64,000 bases of DNA from assembly GCF_009914755.1 (NCBI RefSeq), contig NC_060926.1; one strand, written 5' to 3'. Positions 1 to 15,275 of this stretch are shown here, piece after piece; positions within the stretch are counted from its first letter, which is position 1; each line of letters opens with the position of its first letter. The position numbers were made by a program, and so were the translations under genes. Source of the stretch: the human T2T-CHM13v2.0 reference genome, Homo sapiens. The notes under the pieces were generated by a model, which was not told the DNA's origin, did no database searches, and worked only from the letters and a program-made list of their open reading frames with translations.

Positions 1-400
1 TTTACCAGGAAATAAAATCTCTCAGTCTTGTCATCAGAGAAGCAATGCCTCAAAAGCAACTGAATCCTTACTAAGTACTAATATTTTTTAAAAAGGAAAT
101 TCCCAATATTTAATACTGAGACAGAATTACATGAGGTATGACAACCCGTGAATATTATGGCCTTTTTTATTCTCTTGTCACAAGAACTAGATACCTGTGC
201 ATCCTTCCAGGGTAATCATATTCTCACCTAAGTTAATATCGCAAAACAAAAATAAAAAGATGAGCTAATGGTTCTTCAGATCTCTCATTCTACATTTAAA
301 AAAACAGCAGAGATATCTGATAACACATAAGTAACTGGATCATCAGTAAATTTTTTTCAAGTTTAATTTTATTCCCAAGGAGAATGATAAAAAGACTTAC

Positions 401-454
401 AACAGAAGCATTAGGTGCAGACAAATAAGTCATAAAATCTTTGGCAAATTTATG
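401..454 (-). CDS. ANAPC1: ANAPC1 exon 37 (HKFAKDFMTYLSAPNASV)
   Basis: tttttctag| acceptor, |gtaagt donor; 54 nt. Confidence 0.95.
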
Positions 455-555
455 CTAGAAAAACAAAAGAAAAAATTCCAAGTTATAAGAAGCATCTTAA
501 AGCTTTGTTAAAACAAACAAAAAAAAAGAACACAGTAAACTAAAATACTTCTTAC

Positions 556-646
556 CAAACAGTTAAATGCTGATAAGTTTTCTGAGCCAGCAAATCGAAA
601 ACCCAGAGACAAGCAGGCTCCTGCAATTATGTAGACATGTGCTTGG
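556..646 (-). CDS. ANAPC1: ANAPC1 exon 36 (QAHVYIIAGACLSLGFRFAGSENLSAFNCL)
   Basis: gttttcag| acceptor, |gtaaga donor; 91 nt. Confidence 0.95.
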
Positions 647-1140
647 CTGAAAACAGGTGACAAGAAATTTAATAATCATTATTTTACTTTAAAATTAACT
701 TGAAATAAGTAACAATAAATATTCCAGTTCTCTAAGCTAGTTTATATCTTTCTGGGAATGATGAAGTGCCCTCAGTCAGCAGATTTCTATGTATTTTTTT
801 TTCAGCAGAAGCATCGGGTCACCTTACTCATGAAGTTTGCCCCTTGCCTACAGTTTCATATGCAGCAAAAACAATTTTTAAAATTGTTGCCAATTTCTTT
901 AATGGAAAGGATAAAAGACAAATACATACAAGTTAAATCTCCAATATTGCTTTTTGAGGGCAAGAGCTCTATACTTCAGAGAGCTTTAACCAACGTCATG
1001 AACATCTGATAAATAATGGTTAGAAATATGTGGGATTCATAATTACTTAAATCAAGGACAATATTACTCCCACATGGTATATTTCAATTTAATTATCTGA
1101 TAGACGCTAGGATAGCTAATTTGCATTATACATCACTTAC

Positions 1141-1217
1141 GACAAAGTTTCCAAATTCAAATCCTCTGAGCATGGCAATTCGATTTCACTGAGAGAGATA
1201 CTATTTTCTCTTATAAT
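1141..1217 (-). CDS. ANAPC1: ANAPC1 exon 35 (IIRENSISLSEIELPCSEDLNLETLS)
   Basis: ttgacag| acceptor, |gtaagt donor; 77 nt. Confidence 0.95.
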
Positions 1218-1598
1218 CTGTCAATATAGAAAGCAAGAATACTTAGATATCAATGTTCTCATTACAAATATTTAATAATCTGAAGAATAACATACTGCTT
1301 ATCATGGCTATATTTATATAAAGTAAGCTTTACCAAACCATTTCACTCAAAAGCCTATATTTTAATCTCATTGAATGTAATCAAATTTCAAATCTAAGAT
1401 GGGCTAAGTAAGAATAATAATTAAGGGCAGGCATGGTGGCTCACGACTGTAATCCCAGCACTTTGGAAGGCCAAGGCAGGTGGATCACGAGGTCAGGAGT
1501 TCGAGACCAGCCTGACCAACATGGTGAAACCCCATCTCTATTAAAAATACAAAAATTAGCTGGGCGTGGTGGCGCACGCCTGTAATCCCAGCTACTTA

Positions 1599-1730
<132 letters not shown>

Positions 1731-2441
1731 TTAAATAGGGCTGAACAAATATAAACAGGAAGACGTAAGTATATTCTAAATCAGTAACAGGGTCATAATA
1801 TTGCATACCAGTCAACTGAAATACAAAGATGATGGCTTTAGAATTGGGGCAGGGGTGAGGGGAAGAAGTGGGAAAAGAGAAATAGGAGACAACTCTAATC
1901 AGACTTCTTCTTTACGGGATGTTTCCAGCATTAATCCAACATACCTACCACAGGTGAGGTTATTCACTAGGCTAAGATAAGCTAAACTGTCAATATGTTT
2001 ATCAGCTATGTTACAACTATTGTTTAGAAAAGACATCCTTTTCCTTTTAGTATAGGTAATGAACAATTTACCGAAAAACATACACAGAATATCTAGCTGT
2101 AATAACCAAGAAGACATTTGATCCTTTTCTCCTAAAAGAAAAAAGCCAAAAAAGATAAAGCTAATGTTTGCTAAACATATGAATGTATTTAAGATTTATT
2201 CTTTTAATCTTCTGAGAAGATTTCTTAGAAGATTTCTTAACATTTCAGGATGTTTTCTTCAATAAAATAATAAATATTGGCCGAACACAGTGGCTTACAC
2301 GCCTGTAATCCCAGCACTTTGGGAGGCCAAGGCAGGCGGATCACTTGAAGCCTGGAGTTCGAGACCAGCCTGGCCAACATGGTGAAACCCGTATCTACTG
2401 AAAAACAAAAAATTAGCTGGGCCTGTAATCCCAGCTACTCA

Positions 2442-2594
<153 letters not shown>

Positions 2595-4005
2595 TTATAA
2601 TACAGTCTTCTTATGTACTGAATATCACCAAATCAAAGACTTAAAATATCTTTCCTCTTTTTTTTTGCCTTGAGACAGGGTCTCCCTCTGTCACCCAGGT
2701 TGGAGTGCAGTGGTGCGATCACGGCTCATTGCAGCCCTACCTCCCGGACTCAAGCAATCCTCCCATCTCAGCTTCCCAAGTGGCTAGGACTACAGGTGCA
2801 CACCACCATGCTTGGCTAATTTTTGTATTTTTCTGTAGAGATGGGATCTCACTATGATGCCCAGGCTGGTGTTGAACTCCTGGGCTTAAGCAATCCACCC
2901 TCCTTGGCCTCCCAAAGCGCTAGGATTATAGGCGTGAGTAACCGCACCCTGTATGTAAAGCTTTTTATGAAAGAAAAAGTGCTATGAAGATGCTAGTTGT
3001 TATTTTACATATGCCCTAAGTTCAAACAGACAAGCAGTTTACAAAGTGACCTTTAAAAAAAAAAATCCTCCTTTTAACGCTAGGTTGCTCACTACAAGGA
3101 ACCCTGCTCCAGAATCAATGTAGCTCCAGATGAGAACCCAGAGAAAAGTGGAAGCTGATAGGAAATATCAATCAGGAGAACTGTGAAATTGTTATCTCTC
3201 CTATTTGCAGTATCCCTGATGTAATAAAGACCAAATATAACATTATAAAGTCTGAAGTAAAAAAGAGAGAGATTTTATTCTATACTAAAAGTCCAAAAAC
3301 CATATTTTCATAAAAACAAAAAATGACCACTGTTTTTTGTGTTTTTTTGTTTGTTTGTTTGTTTTTTGTAGAGACAGGGTTTCACCACACTGGCCAGGCT
3401 GGTCTCGAACTCTGACCTCGAGTGATGTGCCCACCTTGGCTTCCCAAAGTGCTGGGATTACAGGCACGAGTCACCACACCAGGCCGCAAAAAAGACCACT
3501 CTCTGACATGAATTTATACTTTCCACTTTGGAATTACAGTTACTTGTACACATGTTTAATCTCAGTAAGCTGAACTTAGTGCATTTAATAAACTAAAGTT
3601 TTTTGAGAACACTCTATATGTCTGATGTATCTTTAATGTATTACAGAGTTTAGCACGTGCCTTGCATTTACAGAGGATTAATGAGTATGTGCTGAATGAA
3701 GGAGTGAAAGAAAAAGTATTTCATCCTACAATATACATTTCAAAGAGCACTTTCAAAAAAACTAAAATCTCTGACATCTGAATATGCTAGAGTTAAAATT
3801 ATGGTAACAAATGAGCGAGTCATTTAAAACAATTCTTCCTCACCTCTTTCATATCAGTTATTAACAAAACTGGAAGAACTAAACAAATAAAAACAAACCT
3901 AGGAGTTCTACTTCCTCAAATAATAGATGAATAAATTCCTATCAGATCAACTCATACAACAAGTATAAACCCTAGACAAAATATAAAATCCAAACTATCT
4001 ATGGC

Positions 4006-4180
4006 AGGGGTCGGTAAACTATTTCTAAAAGGGTCAAATAGTAAATACCAGCAACTACTGATCTATGCATTTGTAACAAAAAACAGCTACAGACAATAAG
4101 TAAACAAATGGGCATGGCCATATTCCAATAAAATTTTCTTTCTAAAAATCAGGTGGGCTTAATTCACCAACTCCTGACCT
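4006..4180 (+). mobile_element. MER58A-like hAT-Charlie fragment
   Basis: caggggtcggtaaactatttctaaaagggtcaaatagtaaata...aaacaaatgggcatggcc. Confidence 0.7.
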
Positions 4181-4659
4181 CAAGACACTGGAGTGAGGAC
4201 AAAAGCAAGCAGATTCTAGAGGGGAGAGTCGATCCATGGAAGAGAGGAACACCACTAGATACATTTTCCTTTCTGCGGTTTCTGCTCTGAAAGCAGGTCT
4301 ATCTGCGCCAAGAAAGATGGCAAAAGCTACAATTAAAAGCTCATAACCTTCTTGGCCTTAACAACCAGGATACAGGAAAATACCACACCCATTGGGAGGT
4401 GAGGACAGAATATGACAAAGGAGAGAGCCACAGAGACAGGGCCCCAAGCTCTGTATATAAATTCTGTGCAAATGTCTGCCTGATCCATGAACCATGTGTG
4501 CACAGGGCAGACTCCAACAGCCCACAGGATAAAGACGTGCACCAAGATTAGAGCTAGCAACCAAGAAAGAATGACAATCTGATTCCAAGTAAATTAACCG
4601 GTTGCTTTAAAACAAAATGTATATACCTGTGTTTACCGTGCTTGAACTACAAACAACGT

Positions 4660-4800
4660 GGTTTAGGCTAACACACATTCTCCTGAGAATCTGGAACTTG
4701 GGTACATACAAGGCAGAGGGTACCTTACCTACATGTCAGGTCCCAATTAAAAACTTGGGTGCTGAGTCTCTGATGAGCTTCCCTGGTAGACAACCTCAAC
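4660..4800. mobile_element. MER21-like LTR fragment
   Basis: ttaaaaacttgggtgctgagtctctgatgagcttccctggtagacaac. Confidence 0.55.
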
Positions 4801-5174
4801 ATGTACCTCATATCATATACAAAATTACTTTGAAATGAATTATGTAAGTATACACAAAACTAAAACTTTGGAAGCTTTTAGAGAAAAGCAGAAAAGATTA
4901 TCTTCATGATGGGGTTAGACAAATGGTTTTTTTCATAGGAATAGAGAATAACCATAAGAAAAAACTGACAAATCAGACATTATTTAACATTCTAATATCT
5001 TCTGCTCATTAAAATTATTACTAAGAAAATGAATATGCAAGCCACAGAGTGGGAGGGATATTTGCAAAAGAAATCTGACAGGCCAGGCGTGGTGGCTCAC
5101 GCCTGTAATCCCAGCACTTCGGGAGGCCGAGGCGGGCAGATCACGAGGTCAGGAGATCGAGACCATCTTGGCTA

Positions 5175-5450
<276 letters not shown>

Positions 5451-5801
5451 TTAAAAAATAAGCAAAAGACATGCACAGACACTTCACAAAAAAAGATAGA
5501 TGGAGGACCAATAAACCAATGAAAAAGTTCTCAACATTAACAGTCAGCAGAGAAATGCAAATTTAAACAACAGTCAGATATCATTAAGTATTCATCAGCA
5601 GCACTAAAACTTAAAAAACTAACACCATTAATTATCGGTTAGATGGGCAACAGCCAACACTCTCAAACACTGTTGGTCAATGTGTCAAATGGTACAGCTG
5701 CTTTGGGAAAAGATTTATCATTTCTAATAAAACTAAATATACCATCTACCCTATGCCTCAGTAATTCCAGCCCTACCTAATAGGATTGCAAATGGAATAC
5801 A

Positions 5802-6021
5802 CAAGTTGAGGATCCCTAATCCGAAAATCCAAAATCCAAAATGCTCAAAATCCAAACCTTTTTGAACATTAACATGATGCCCAAAGGAAATGCTCATTGA
5901 AGTATTTCAGATGTCAGAGTTTCAGATGAGGGATGCTCAACCAGTAAGTATAATTTCGAGTATTCCAAAATCCAAAAACGCTTCTGGTCCCAAGCATTTC
6001 AGATAAGAAATACTCAATCTG
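5802..6021 (+). mobile_element. Tigger4a/MER46-type DNA transposon
   Basis: caagttgaggatccctaatccgaaaatcc ... ggtcccaagcatttcagataagaaatactcaatctg inverted termini. Confidence 0.78.
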
Positions 6022-7126
6022 TACCACCTAATAATAAAAAGGATGAACTATTAATATACTCAATATCTTGAAAACGCTGAAAGAAGTCTTATACAAAAGG
6101 GTATATGCCATATGTGGCTTCATTAATATAAAGTTCTACATCTGGAAATTAACATATTTTGGGAGATAAACAAAATACATATTGGTTACCTGGGGGTACA
6201 GGTGAATGCACAAAGAGGGAAGGGGCACAAGGGATAGAGGCTGGTTTCCACAGGTCTATGTGTTAGTCAAATCTTATCCAATAGGATACTTAACATTTGT
6301 GCATTTCACGATATATAAATTTTATCTTAAAAGGAAAAAATGTAAATACCAATTCCAGTTAATATATATGGTACAATTTTGGGATGGAGTGTATTACTGT
6401 TTGGAACTAACATTGAAATTCATCAAAAAATGTTGGATTAGATAGAGGAATAGATAAGTGGATAGATAAGTGATGAAACATGTTTATACAGTAAAATATT
6501 ATTATAGAGTCTATTGGTGATGTGGGTGTTCATATTAACTTCTTTCAATCTTTGAGATTTTTCTTCTGAAAATACTGAAAGAAACAATCTACATAAAGAA
6601 ACTGAGACCACTAGACATGGACAGTTGTCTAAGGGCAGTGGCTAGTTACAATATTCGGTTTTCAGTTTTTACCAAAAAAATCTGTTCATTTTTAACTAGT
6701 ATACTTGGCTTATCGAATAAATATGATATAAAGTAATTAAAAGAGTTATTAGGAGATCTAAAATTGTCACGAAGTAAAATAGCATCTTAGAAATGTGCAC
6801 TTAATTATGACAAAAATATCAACACTTTTTTAGAGTATTCTGGCAAACATATTTAGTTTTTTCCTTTCATTTTTTAACTCCCACGCAACACCGATATTCA
6901 TATTTAATTTTTAAAAACTACAATTTCTAGGGACCTGAGGCTAAAAGAGAAGGCGGTGGTCTGTGCAGCACAGAATCTTAAAATGGAAGTTCTTAGGTCT
7001 TTAAGAGGTATCCTAATGATCAATATTGCCTTCATAAGAAAAAATATTTTACAGAATTTTGAAAAATCCCATAAGAAATCATAATTTTATGCTACTAAAG
7101 ATATAATATTTATTATATGTACTTAC

Positions 7127-7201
7127 TTGAGGAACATTGCTGTCAACCCACTTGGAATTTGGTAAAATATCATCCCACAAAATCAGGCATCGAGCAAGTG
7201 T
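7127..7201 (-). CDS. ANAPC1: ANAPC1 exon 34 (TLARCLILWDDILPNSKWVDSNVPQ)
   Basis: tttttaag| acceptor, |gtaagt donor; 75 nt. Confidence 0.95.
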
Positions 7202-7333
7202 CTTAAAAATGCAACAGAGATAAAATTAATTGGAGCAAGTAAAGTTCATACATTTTATAACAATGATAATAATAAACAGAACAATTTAAGAATCAGTTCC
7301 CAACTGTTGAGAATTTTGAAAAATAAGTATATG

Positions 7334-8031
7334 CAAATGCAGGAAGGTTATGTACTGATAAACCTATTGTAAGTTGAAAATACCTTAAGCTGAAAATACA
7401 CTTAGGCCAGGCTCAGTGGCTCATGTCTATAATCCCAGCACTTTGGGAGACCAAGGCGGGCAGATCACTGAAGCCCAGGAGTTTGAGACCAGCCTGGCCA
7501 ACATGGTGAAACCCCATCTCTACTAAAAATACAAAAATTAGCCAGGCATGGTGGCACACGCCTGTAGTCCTAGCTACTCAGGAGGCTGAGGAACAAGAAT
7601 AGCTTGAACCCAGGAGGCAAAGGTTGCAGTGAGCCAAGATGGTGTCACTGCACTCCAGCCTGGGCAACAGAGTGAGACTCCATCTCATAAAAAAAAAAAA
7701 AAGAAAAAGAAAATACATTTAATACACCTTGCCTGCCAAACAACACAGCTTGGCCTAGCCTACCTTAAACATGCTCCGAACACTCAAATTAGCCTATAAT
7801 TGAGTGAAATTCTCTGTCAGCATAGTAAACTGTAGAGTATGGGTCATTTACCCTCATGACTGCATGGCTGACTGGGAGCTGCAGCTTGCTGCCATTACCC
7901 AACACCATGAGAGCATCATACTGCCAGGAGTACAAGAAAAAAATTAAAATTAAAATTGGAAGTAGTTTCTTCTGAATGAGTACCGCTTTCACACTATGGT
8001 TAAGTTAAAAATCCTAAGTTGGGAACCGTCT
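7334..8031 (+). mobile_element. Tigger5/MER47-type DNA transposon split by an Alu (7405-7702)
   Basis: gataaacctattgtaagttgaaaata...cctagcctaccttaaacatgctc...gactgggagctgc...taagttgggaaccgtc. Confidence 0.72.
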
Positions 8032-8757
8032 TACTCATTAAACTACTCATTAAAATAAAGATTTAAATTTTAACAAAGAAAAACTAAAATTGAGTTGAAT
8101 ATCACCAAAGTTTAGAGGGCTTGTGCGGGTACTTTTTAAAATGTACTCTGGAAAAGAAAAAAATCACAAAGGAAAGAATCATAGCTCTATCTACACATAA
8201 TTTAAAAGCTTCTATATGCTAAGTTTAAACATCAGAAAAAAAAGAATTAGAGGGAAAATTTTAGACAATTAAGTGAATTGTTACTTTCTTTAGATTCAAC
8301 CTTAACAGTATTATCACATCCCTGATAGTAATCCGAAAATGTAAAACAAAGCAGTAAAAAAGTCCTAATCACTTGTTGCTTTTTAGGAAGTTTTGAATAA
8401 TAATGTGAGACAGTGAAATGTCACTCCAAGTATTAAATATCAACGTGGTTACCTTTCTTGGGATTCCCAAAGTCCTATTTGTGAAATTTCAAATGAACAC
8501 TGCCAATTAGATATGCATGACAAATTAAAAATAAAAGGCTCTCTTGTAAAGACATTTATGTTTGCCATTCATTCATTCATGGAGAACAGCCTGTGTTGCC
8601 CAGGCTGGTCTCAAACTCCTGGACTCAAGCAATCCTCCTGCCTCAACCTTCTGAAGTGCTGGGATTACAGGCGTAAGCCACTGTGCCCGGCTTACAAGCT
8701 AAGTTTAAGAACCACAAATAGACTTCTCATGTTAACACAAATGAAGACAAAGCATAC

Positions 8758-8836
8758 CCTAAGCAAGAGAAATTCTGGCTTCACAAAGTCCAACAAATAC
8801 ATGGTGTCAGGGGCTCGGAGCCAATCTGCAATAGAT
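8758..8836 (-). CDS. ANAPC1: ANAPC1 exon 33 ([26 protein letters not shown])
   Basis: Within ORF 8692..8889; caccag| acceptor, |gtatgc donor; 79 nt. Confidence 0.95.
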
Positions 8837-9777
8837 CTGGTGATGGAGGAAAACAGTAAGGCACACTGTTCAAGTAGAGGGCAAGACAATCAAGAATCTC
8901 AAGCTCTATTTCAAAACATTTCTTCCCGCTCCACTACAGCTCTACATATTTTTCACAATACTTCACACCTTCTAATGTAATAGTTATTATAGATGTACAT
9001 GTATGTCTTACTATAACATAAACTCCATGAGGGAAGATATTTTTAGTTTTGCTCAATGAAATATCCCCAGTGCCAAGGAAGCACTGCCCTACACATTCAT
9101 CCAAATAGTAAAGTAATAAATATCTATTTTTAAACACTTTGTTAATTCTGCACACATTTACTTTTTCTAAAGGGAGAAATGTGGAACACTGAAAACTCCT
9201 TGAATCTTAGAATTTGTTTTTAATTAATAGACTTAAGACATGGCATAACGTCTTGTACTCAACTTATTCCTCATGCAAAGTGTAAGCATAAATGCCAAAG
9301 ATCTTACTTTCAAGCATCAGCATTAATATAGCAAGTTAGGAAGGTAGACGGTTTGGTAATTACAAAAGCTCCTGAAGTAGGCAAAAACCATTGTTTTACA
9401 TGGTAACCAAGATCACACTAAATGATAAGTATTTCTGGCTTAACCAGTCCTCACAGCAATATGCTAAATTAATGAAAACAAACATGGGCATTGTTTGGGT
9501 GTTACTGACATCAACTACAAAACAGAAATGAACAGAAATTGAAAACTATATTGTCAAATACCATTAAAATAGCCAAATACATTATTTCCAGGTAAAATCT
9601 TTATAACTTCAAATACTGCAAGTTTTCTTTCAAAAACTTACAGTACTTGAAAGAACAAAAAATCAGCTTAATCCAGCACAGGGGAAAGAAACACATGAGA
9701 TAACTGAATTTTACAACCAAGGTCAGGGAGGATATCACACTATCACCGCGGGAGGAAGGGTGAGTGGGTAGAAATAC

Positions 9778-9860
9778 CTGTTATTGGTTTTTAAGTAGAT
9801 CATAGCCAAAGCTAGAGTAGCACCTGGACAAGTCACATCCACATTTATGGTATCTCCTTC
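9778..9860 (-). CDS. ANAPC1: ANAPC1 exon 32 (EGDTINVDVTCPGATLALAMIYLKTNNR)
   Basis: ctttcaatag| acceptor, |gtattt donor; 83 nt. Confidence 0.95.
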
Positions 9861-10034
9861 CTATTGAAAGAAGAGTTTATGCATGTAAAAGAGTTCTAAA
9901 TTATTATAAAATTCCTCTGAATAATAACTATGCTTAAAATTAACACATTTACCAATGTCAGTATGAACACTAGTATTTTCCAATTAACTTCCCAGCTTCC
10001 AGACTTTTGATCTATTACTTTGCTGTGTACTTAC

Positions 10035-10169
10035 TTTGATTTGATAACTTGGTGATTTATGTTTCTCCCTATGCATTCCTGTTTGAAAGCGCCTATGTCC
10101 TCCAACCATGTACTGATAGAGCTGCTCAGGCACATTGAGATCAGACATACCTATCAAATTGCTGCCATG
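10035..10169 (-). CDS. ANAPC1: ANAPC1 exon 31 (HGSNLIGMSD...SPSYQIK)
   Basis: cttttccag| acceptor, |gtaagt donor; 135 nt. Confidence 0.95.
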
Positions 10170-10519
10170 CTGGAAAAGACAATAACAGACGAGTGAAAAG
10201 AAATTTTATGAAGGAAGATCCACAACACATACCCATAACAAATATAAAAATGAACTAACTTCAAAGCAGGTTATTTTGGGTTTTGTTTTTTTTATTTCCA
10301 ATTTAAAGCAAACATTAATCATGAGTTAATAAATATTAATAATTCTCATAAAAGTTTTAATACATGAATGTTCAACTTTAAGTACTGTCTTAAAATACAT
10401 AAGAGCTTTAGAGTTAGTTACATTTAACAATAAAGAAAAATATTAGTTATATAATTGAAACTGGAACTGTAAATACCTGAATACTGTCATTATTGTACTT
10501 AAGAACTTTTCCAACAATA

Positions 10520-10740
10520 ACTATGATAATAATAGTAATTTATTAAATGCATGCTCTGTGTCAGGCACTATTCTGTGTGTTTAACATGAATGAACAGCCA
10601 TATCAAATAGCTACTATTAAAACCCTATTTTATAAATAAGGAAAGTGTGGCACAGAGGGATTAAGCCCAAGGTTATACAGCTATTATAGTTAAGTTGCAG
10701 GGCTATATATAAAACACGGCCATCTGGCTCAACAATCCAT
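10520..10740. mobile_element. MIR
   Basis: tgtgtcaggcactattct...ccctattttataaataaggaaagtgtggcacagagggattaagcccaagg. Confidence 0.7.
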
Positions 10741-11186
10741 GAAGCTGATTAAGCAATACACAATAATGTAGTTAAATGACTTGAATCACTAGTTAGGACC
10801 AGAATTCAAGTTGCAATTCCCTGTGTGATTCTTTTCTTTTTTTTTTTTTTTTTTGAGACGGAGTCTCGCCTTCTTGCCCAGGCTGGAGTGCAGTGGCACG
10901 ATCTCGACTCTCTGCAAGCTCCGCCTCCTGGGTTCACACCATTCTCCTGCCTCAGCATCCTGAGTAGCTGGGACTACAAGCACCCACCACCATGCCCAGC
11001 TAATTTTTTTGTATTTTTAGTAGAGATGGGGTTTCACCGTGTTAGCCAGGATGGTCTGGATCTCCTGACCTCGTGATCCGCCCATCTCAGCCTCCCAAAG
11101 TGCTGGGATTACAGGCATGAGCCACCACACCCAGCTGATTATTTTCCATTATACCACCAGCCTCTTTAGCTCACGTGCCAATGTGA

Positions 11187-11516
<330 letters not shown>

Positions 11517-12129
11517 TAACTTTCTTTATATCATTTAGTTTGACCATAAGAATGTATTGGTGGTTTTTCAAGGGGAACCACATTTCAAGTGAAACAATCA
11601 TTTAATGAAACATTTCTGGTAATTCTGTACACATCTCTTGGATGGAGTTAAAGATGGGTCAATCAGATACTGCATTTTGTCACAAGGAAGATGCTACTGG
11701 GACAACATTCTGGGATACACAGTGAACATCACTATGGCAAAAGGGGGTTAGGGTTTGTTTCAAGCAGCTACTATAGACTCTTAAGGCTCCTGATCATATA
11801 CGTTTTCACTATTCTCTGTTTTCAGTCATAGTGGGCTGTCACTTATTCATTCTATGTCTTGAACGCTTTAAAAAAAAAAAACTTTATTCCCTTCAGTTTG
11901 TTCATGAACACTGCAAGCTGGAGGAAAAGAAATCTTAAAGTCCCACTCTTGACCACAGTTTCTCTCAATTTGCAAATCTGGTACTTTGAAAAATATCCAA
12001 AAAGACAATAGAGCTGGGCAGCAGATTAAGTCATAGTAAGGGACAATATTCAGGTTTAGGTGTCAACGTTATTTGTCTCAACATGTAGATGTCCTAACTG
12101 AAGCATGGGAAGGCATAGGCTATGCTTAC

Positions 12130-12221
12130 CCCCAAGCAGACCATGCCCAGGGCCAAGCCAGCAGCTAAGGAGTATGACTCTCTGTCAGTGCAGTATTCCA
12201 TTTCAGGACCAGGAGGCCGTC
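12130..12221 (-). CDS. ANAPC1: ANAPC1 exon 30 (GRPPGPEMEY...LGMVCLG)
   Basis: tttttacag| acceptor, |gtaagc donor; 92 nt. Confidence 0.95.
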
Positions 12222-12712
12222 CTGTAAAAACAAAAGCAACACAGTTCAAACTAGCTTCTCAAAATCTCATCTCATAAAAATCTTAGAGTTAACTTTCTAG
12301 CAAGTTGCACTGGACATACGAATGGAATATAACTCCATTCAGAAAGTTATGACACTATAATAAATGGTGTCCACAACTGTAGGTTTACCTACCAAAAAAA
12401 AGGGCCCAAAATAGTTCTTTTTAAATTGCCAATTTAAGTCTTTATAAGCAATGATATTCAAATACTGTGAAACTTTGAGTCTTACCAAAAAAATTACCAA
12501 GTAGTAGAAAAAAATTTTAAAGGGAAAAAGGTAAGAGTATTCAAAAAAAAAGTTTTATTTTTTTGTTAAAACATCTGGGCCGGGTGTGCTGGCTCATGCC
12601 TGTAATCCCAGCATTTTGGGAGGCCAAGGCAGGTGGATCACTTGACGTCAGGAGTTGGAGACCAGATGGCCAACATGGTGAAACCCTGTCTCTACTAAAA
12701 ATACAAAAACTA

Positions 12713-12877
<165 letters not shown>

Positions 12878-13304
12878 TTACATTTTGTTTTCATTACTTT
12901 CAAATCCACACATCACATGTGGTGAAACATGTTCGAATGATGATAATGAATAAGGAGGTCACTTACTTATGTTGTTAAGCTGTTAAATATTATGTTTAGA
13001 CATTTATTTCGAGTGTATATAATAATGAGCCCTACTATGGTAGAATTTCTGTGTACTGATCCTAGAAGTCTGACTGGATACAAAATTCATACTTTTAAAA
13101 GGCACCCTATAACTCTAACACTACCGTGTTGAAAACGATAAAATGTACTATGTATTAAAACCCTTCCCTCTGAAAACATGTTCACATTCCTGAAATTTTA
13201 TCCCTATAGGAAAAAAATGCAATTTAAAAAAAAAGAAAAAAGGCTGGACGTGCTGGCCCTTGCCTGTAATCCCAGCACTTTGGGAGGCCAAGGCAGGAGG
13301 ATCA

Positions 13305-13608
<304 letters not shown>

Positions 13609-13856
13609 TTATTAGAAACAATCTAAAAAGTTCTAAAAGTTAAAAAAAGGCATTTTACAGACCATCGACTCAATGAATATTACACAAAATTTGTTTTAAA
13701 ACCCATTTATAACAATGATCTATAAAAACAATTTTTAGGCGGGGCACAGTGGTTCATGCCTGCAATCCCAGCACTTTGGGAGGCTGAGACAGGCGGATCA
13801 CAAGGTCAGGAGATCCAGACTATCCTGGCTAACACCATGAAACCCTGTCTCTACTA

Positions 13857-14015
<159 letters not shown>

Positions 14016-14344
14016 TCAAAAAAAAAAAAAAATTTTTAATGTACATTCTGACAGTAATTATATAAAAAGGCATATACATATGAATTAAAGATGAAATCTT
14101 CTATATACAGTGTGAAAGAGGTATGCCGCAGCTGTGAGACTGTGCAATGACACCATTAGACATCATCATGATATAGCCAAAGAAGGGTAGACTACTTTGC
14201 AGATGAACATGCTTTAACAACCAGTGTTGAATATTTTCAGAATAAGCGTTTTTCAGATCTCTGACTTATGCTACCATGTATTGTGATAGCCAAAACATTT
14301 CAACTTTGGGAATAATTTCATTTATCATTATAGTAGACTAAATT

Positions 14345-14500
14345 ATGGGTCCCAATCTTCACTGGTTCTCTCTTAGGTTTCTATCAACACCACGAGAGAA
14401 ACACACCCTCCAGCCTGGGTCCCAGAATGAGGCAGGTGAGGCAGAACGGCAGCAGAACAGCCGGCTACACATCTACAGCCTAAAGCAGAGCTGCCTGGGC
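14345..14500. mobile_element. MaLR LTR (MLT1-type) fragment
   Basis: cagcctgggtcccagaatga motif typical of old MLT1 LTRs. Confidence 0.5.
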
Positions 14501-15275
14501 CAATGCTATGCCTGTATGTATGTAGCATCACTGTGGCAATAGCTATCTGATACAATTATACTAAAGAATAATACATCTTTAACAATATATTCACAAATCC
14601 ATATAGAAAAGATCTTGAATAGGACATATAAGTATGTAACTAAATTGTTGAGCATATTAATAATGCCAATAGCATTTCCATTTGGCAGAAAAAGATGACA
14701 ACACATAAAGATTTCCAAAAAGTTTGGACCCAATAAAAAACAGAGACAATGTTCACTAAAGTGAGTGTGTGGACCTTACCATTTCCAGGTTCATCACCAA
14801 CATACCCACCAGCATGTAAAGGAGGAAAGCAGGAGTCCATTACTTGACTTCTATTGGAAGTGCTGTTATCCAACACAGTAAACACTGTGATGTGTTTAGT
14901 TTAGTGTCTCTCAGGGACCAAAACAATCTACTCTGAGTTTTAAGTGCAGGCCACTGGTAGACACTGCTGGTAAAGCAGGATAAACAGCATACTCATAGCT
15001 GATTAAAACCACAGGTACCTCATTAAATGTGACCACTGGAATTCAGTAATGAGCTAGCAAATAAACATGGAGGTTAATAACCTGCAGTTACATTAGCCTT
15101 GGATAACATTACTTAGAGTTTTGTTGTTTTTTTTAATTAGTACTAGATCATTCTTTGCTCATAAAAGCTACCATTGTCTTTCCTTAATTTTTATAATTTT
15201 ACTATCACTTTTAATTGGGTTAATGTGGAGTGGAGAGTACATGCCTATGAAGATTCAGCACTATTAATTCCATAC

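Noticed and set aside
8513-8980. 155-aa + strand ORF overlapping exon 33 in antisense
   Set aside because: A chimera of an Alu fragment, the antisense of a coding exon and intron; no recognisable domain.
11660-11738. Possible intronic C/D snoRNA on the gene strand (GTGATGT ... CTGA, about 66 nt)
   Set aside because: Imperfect C box, no convincing terminal stem and no recognisable rRNA/snRNA guide; snoscan or cmscan would be needed to revive it.
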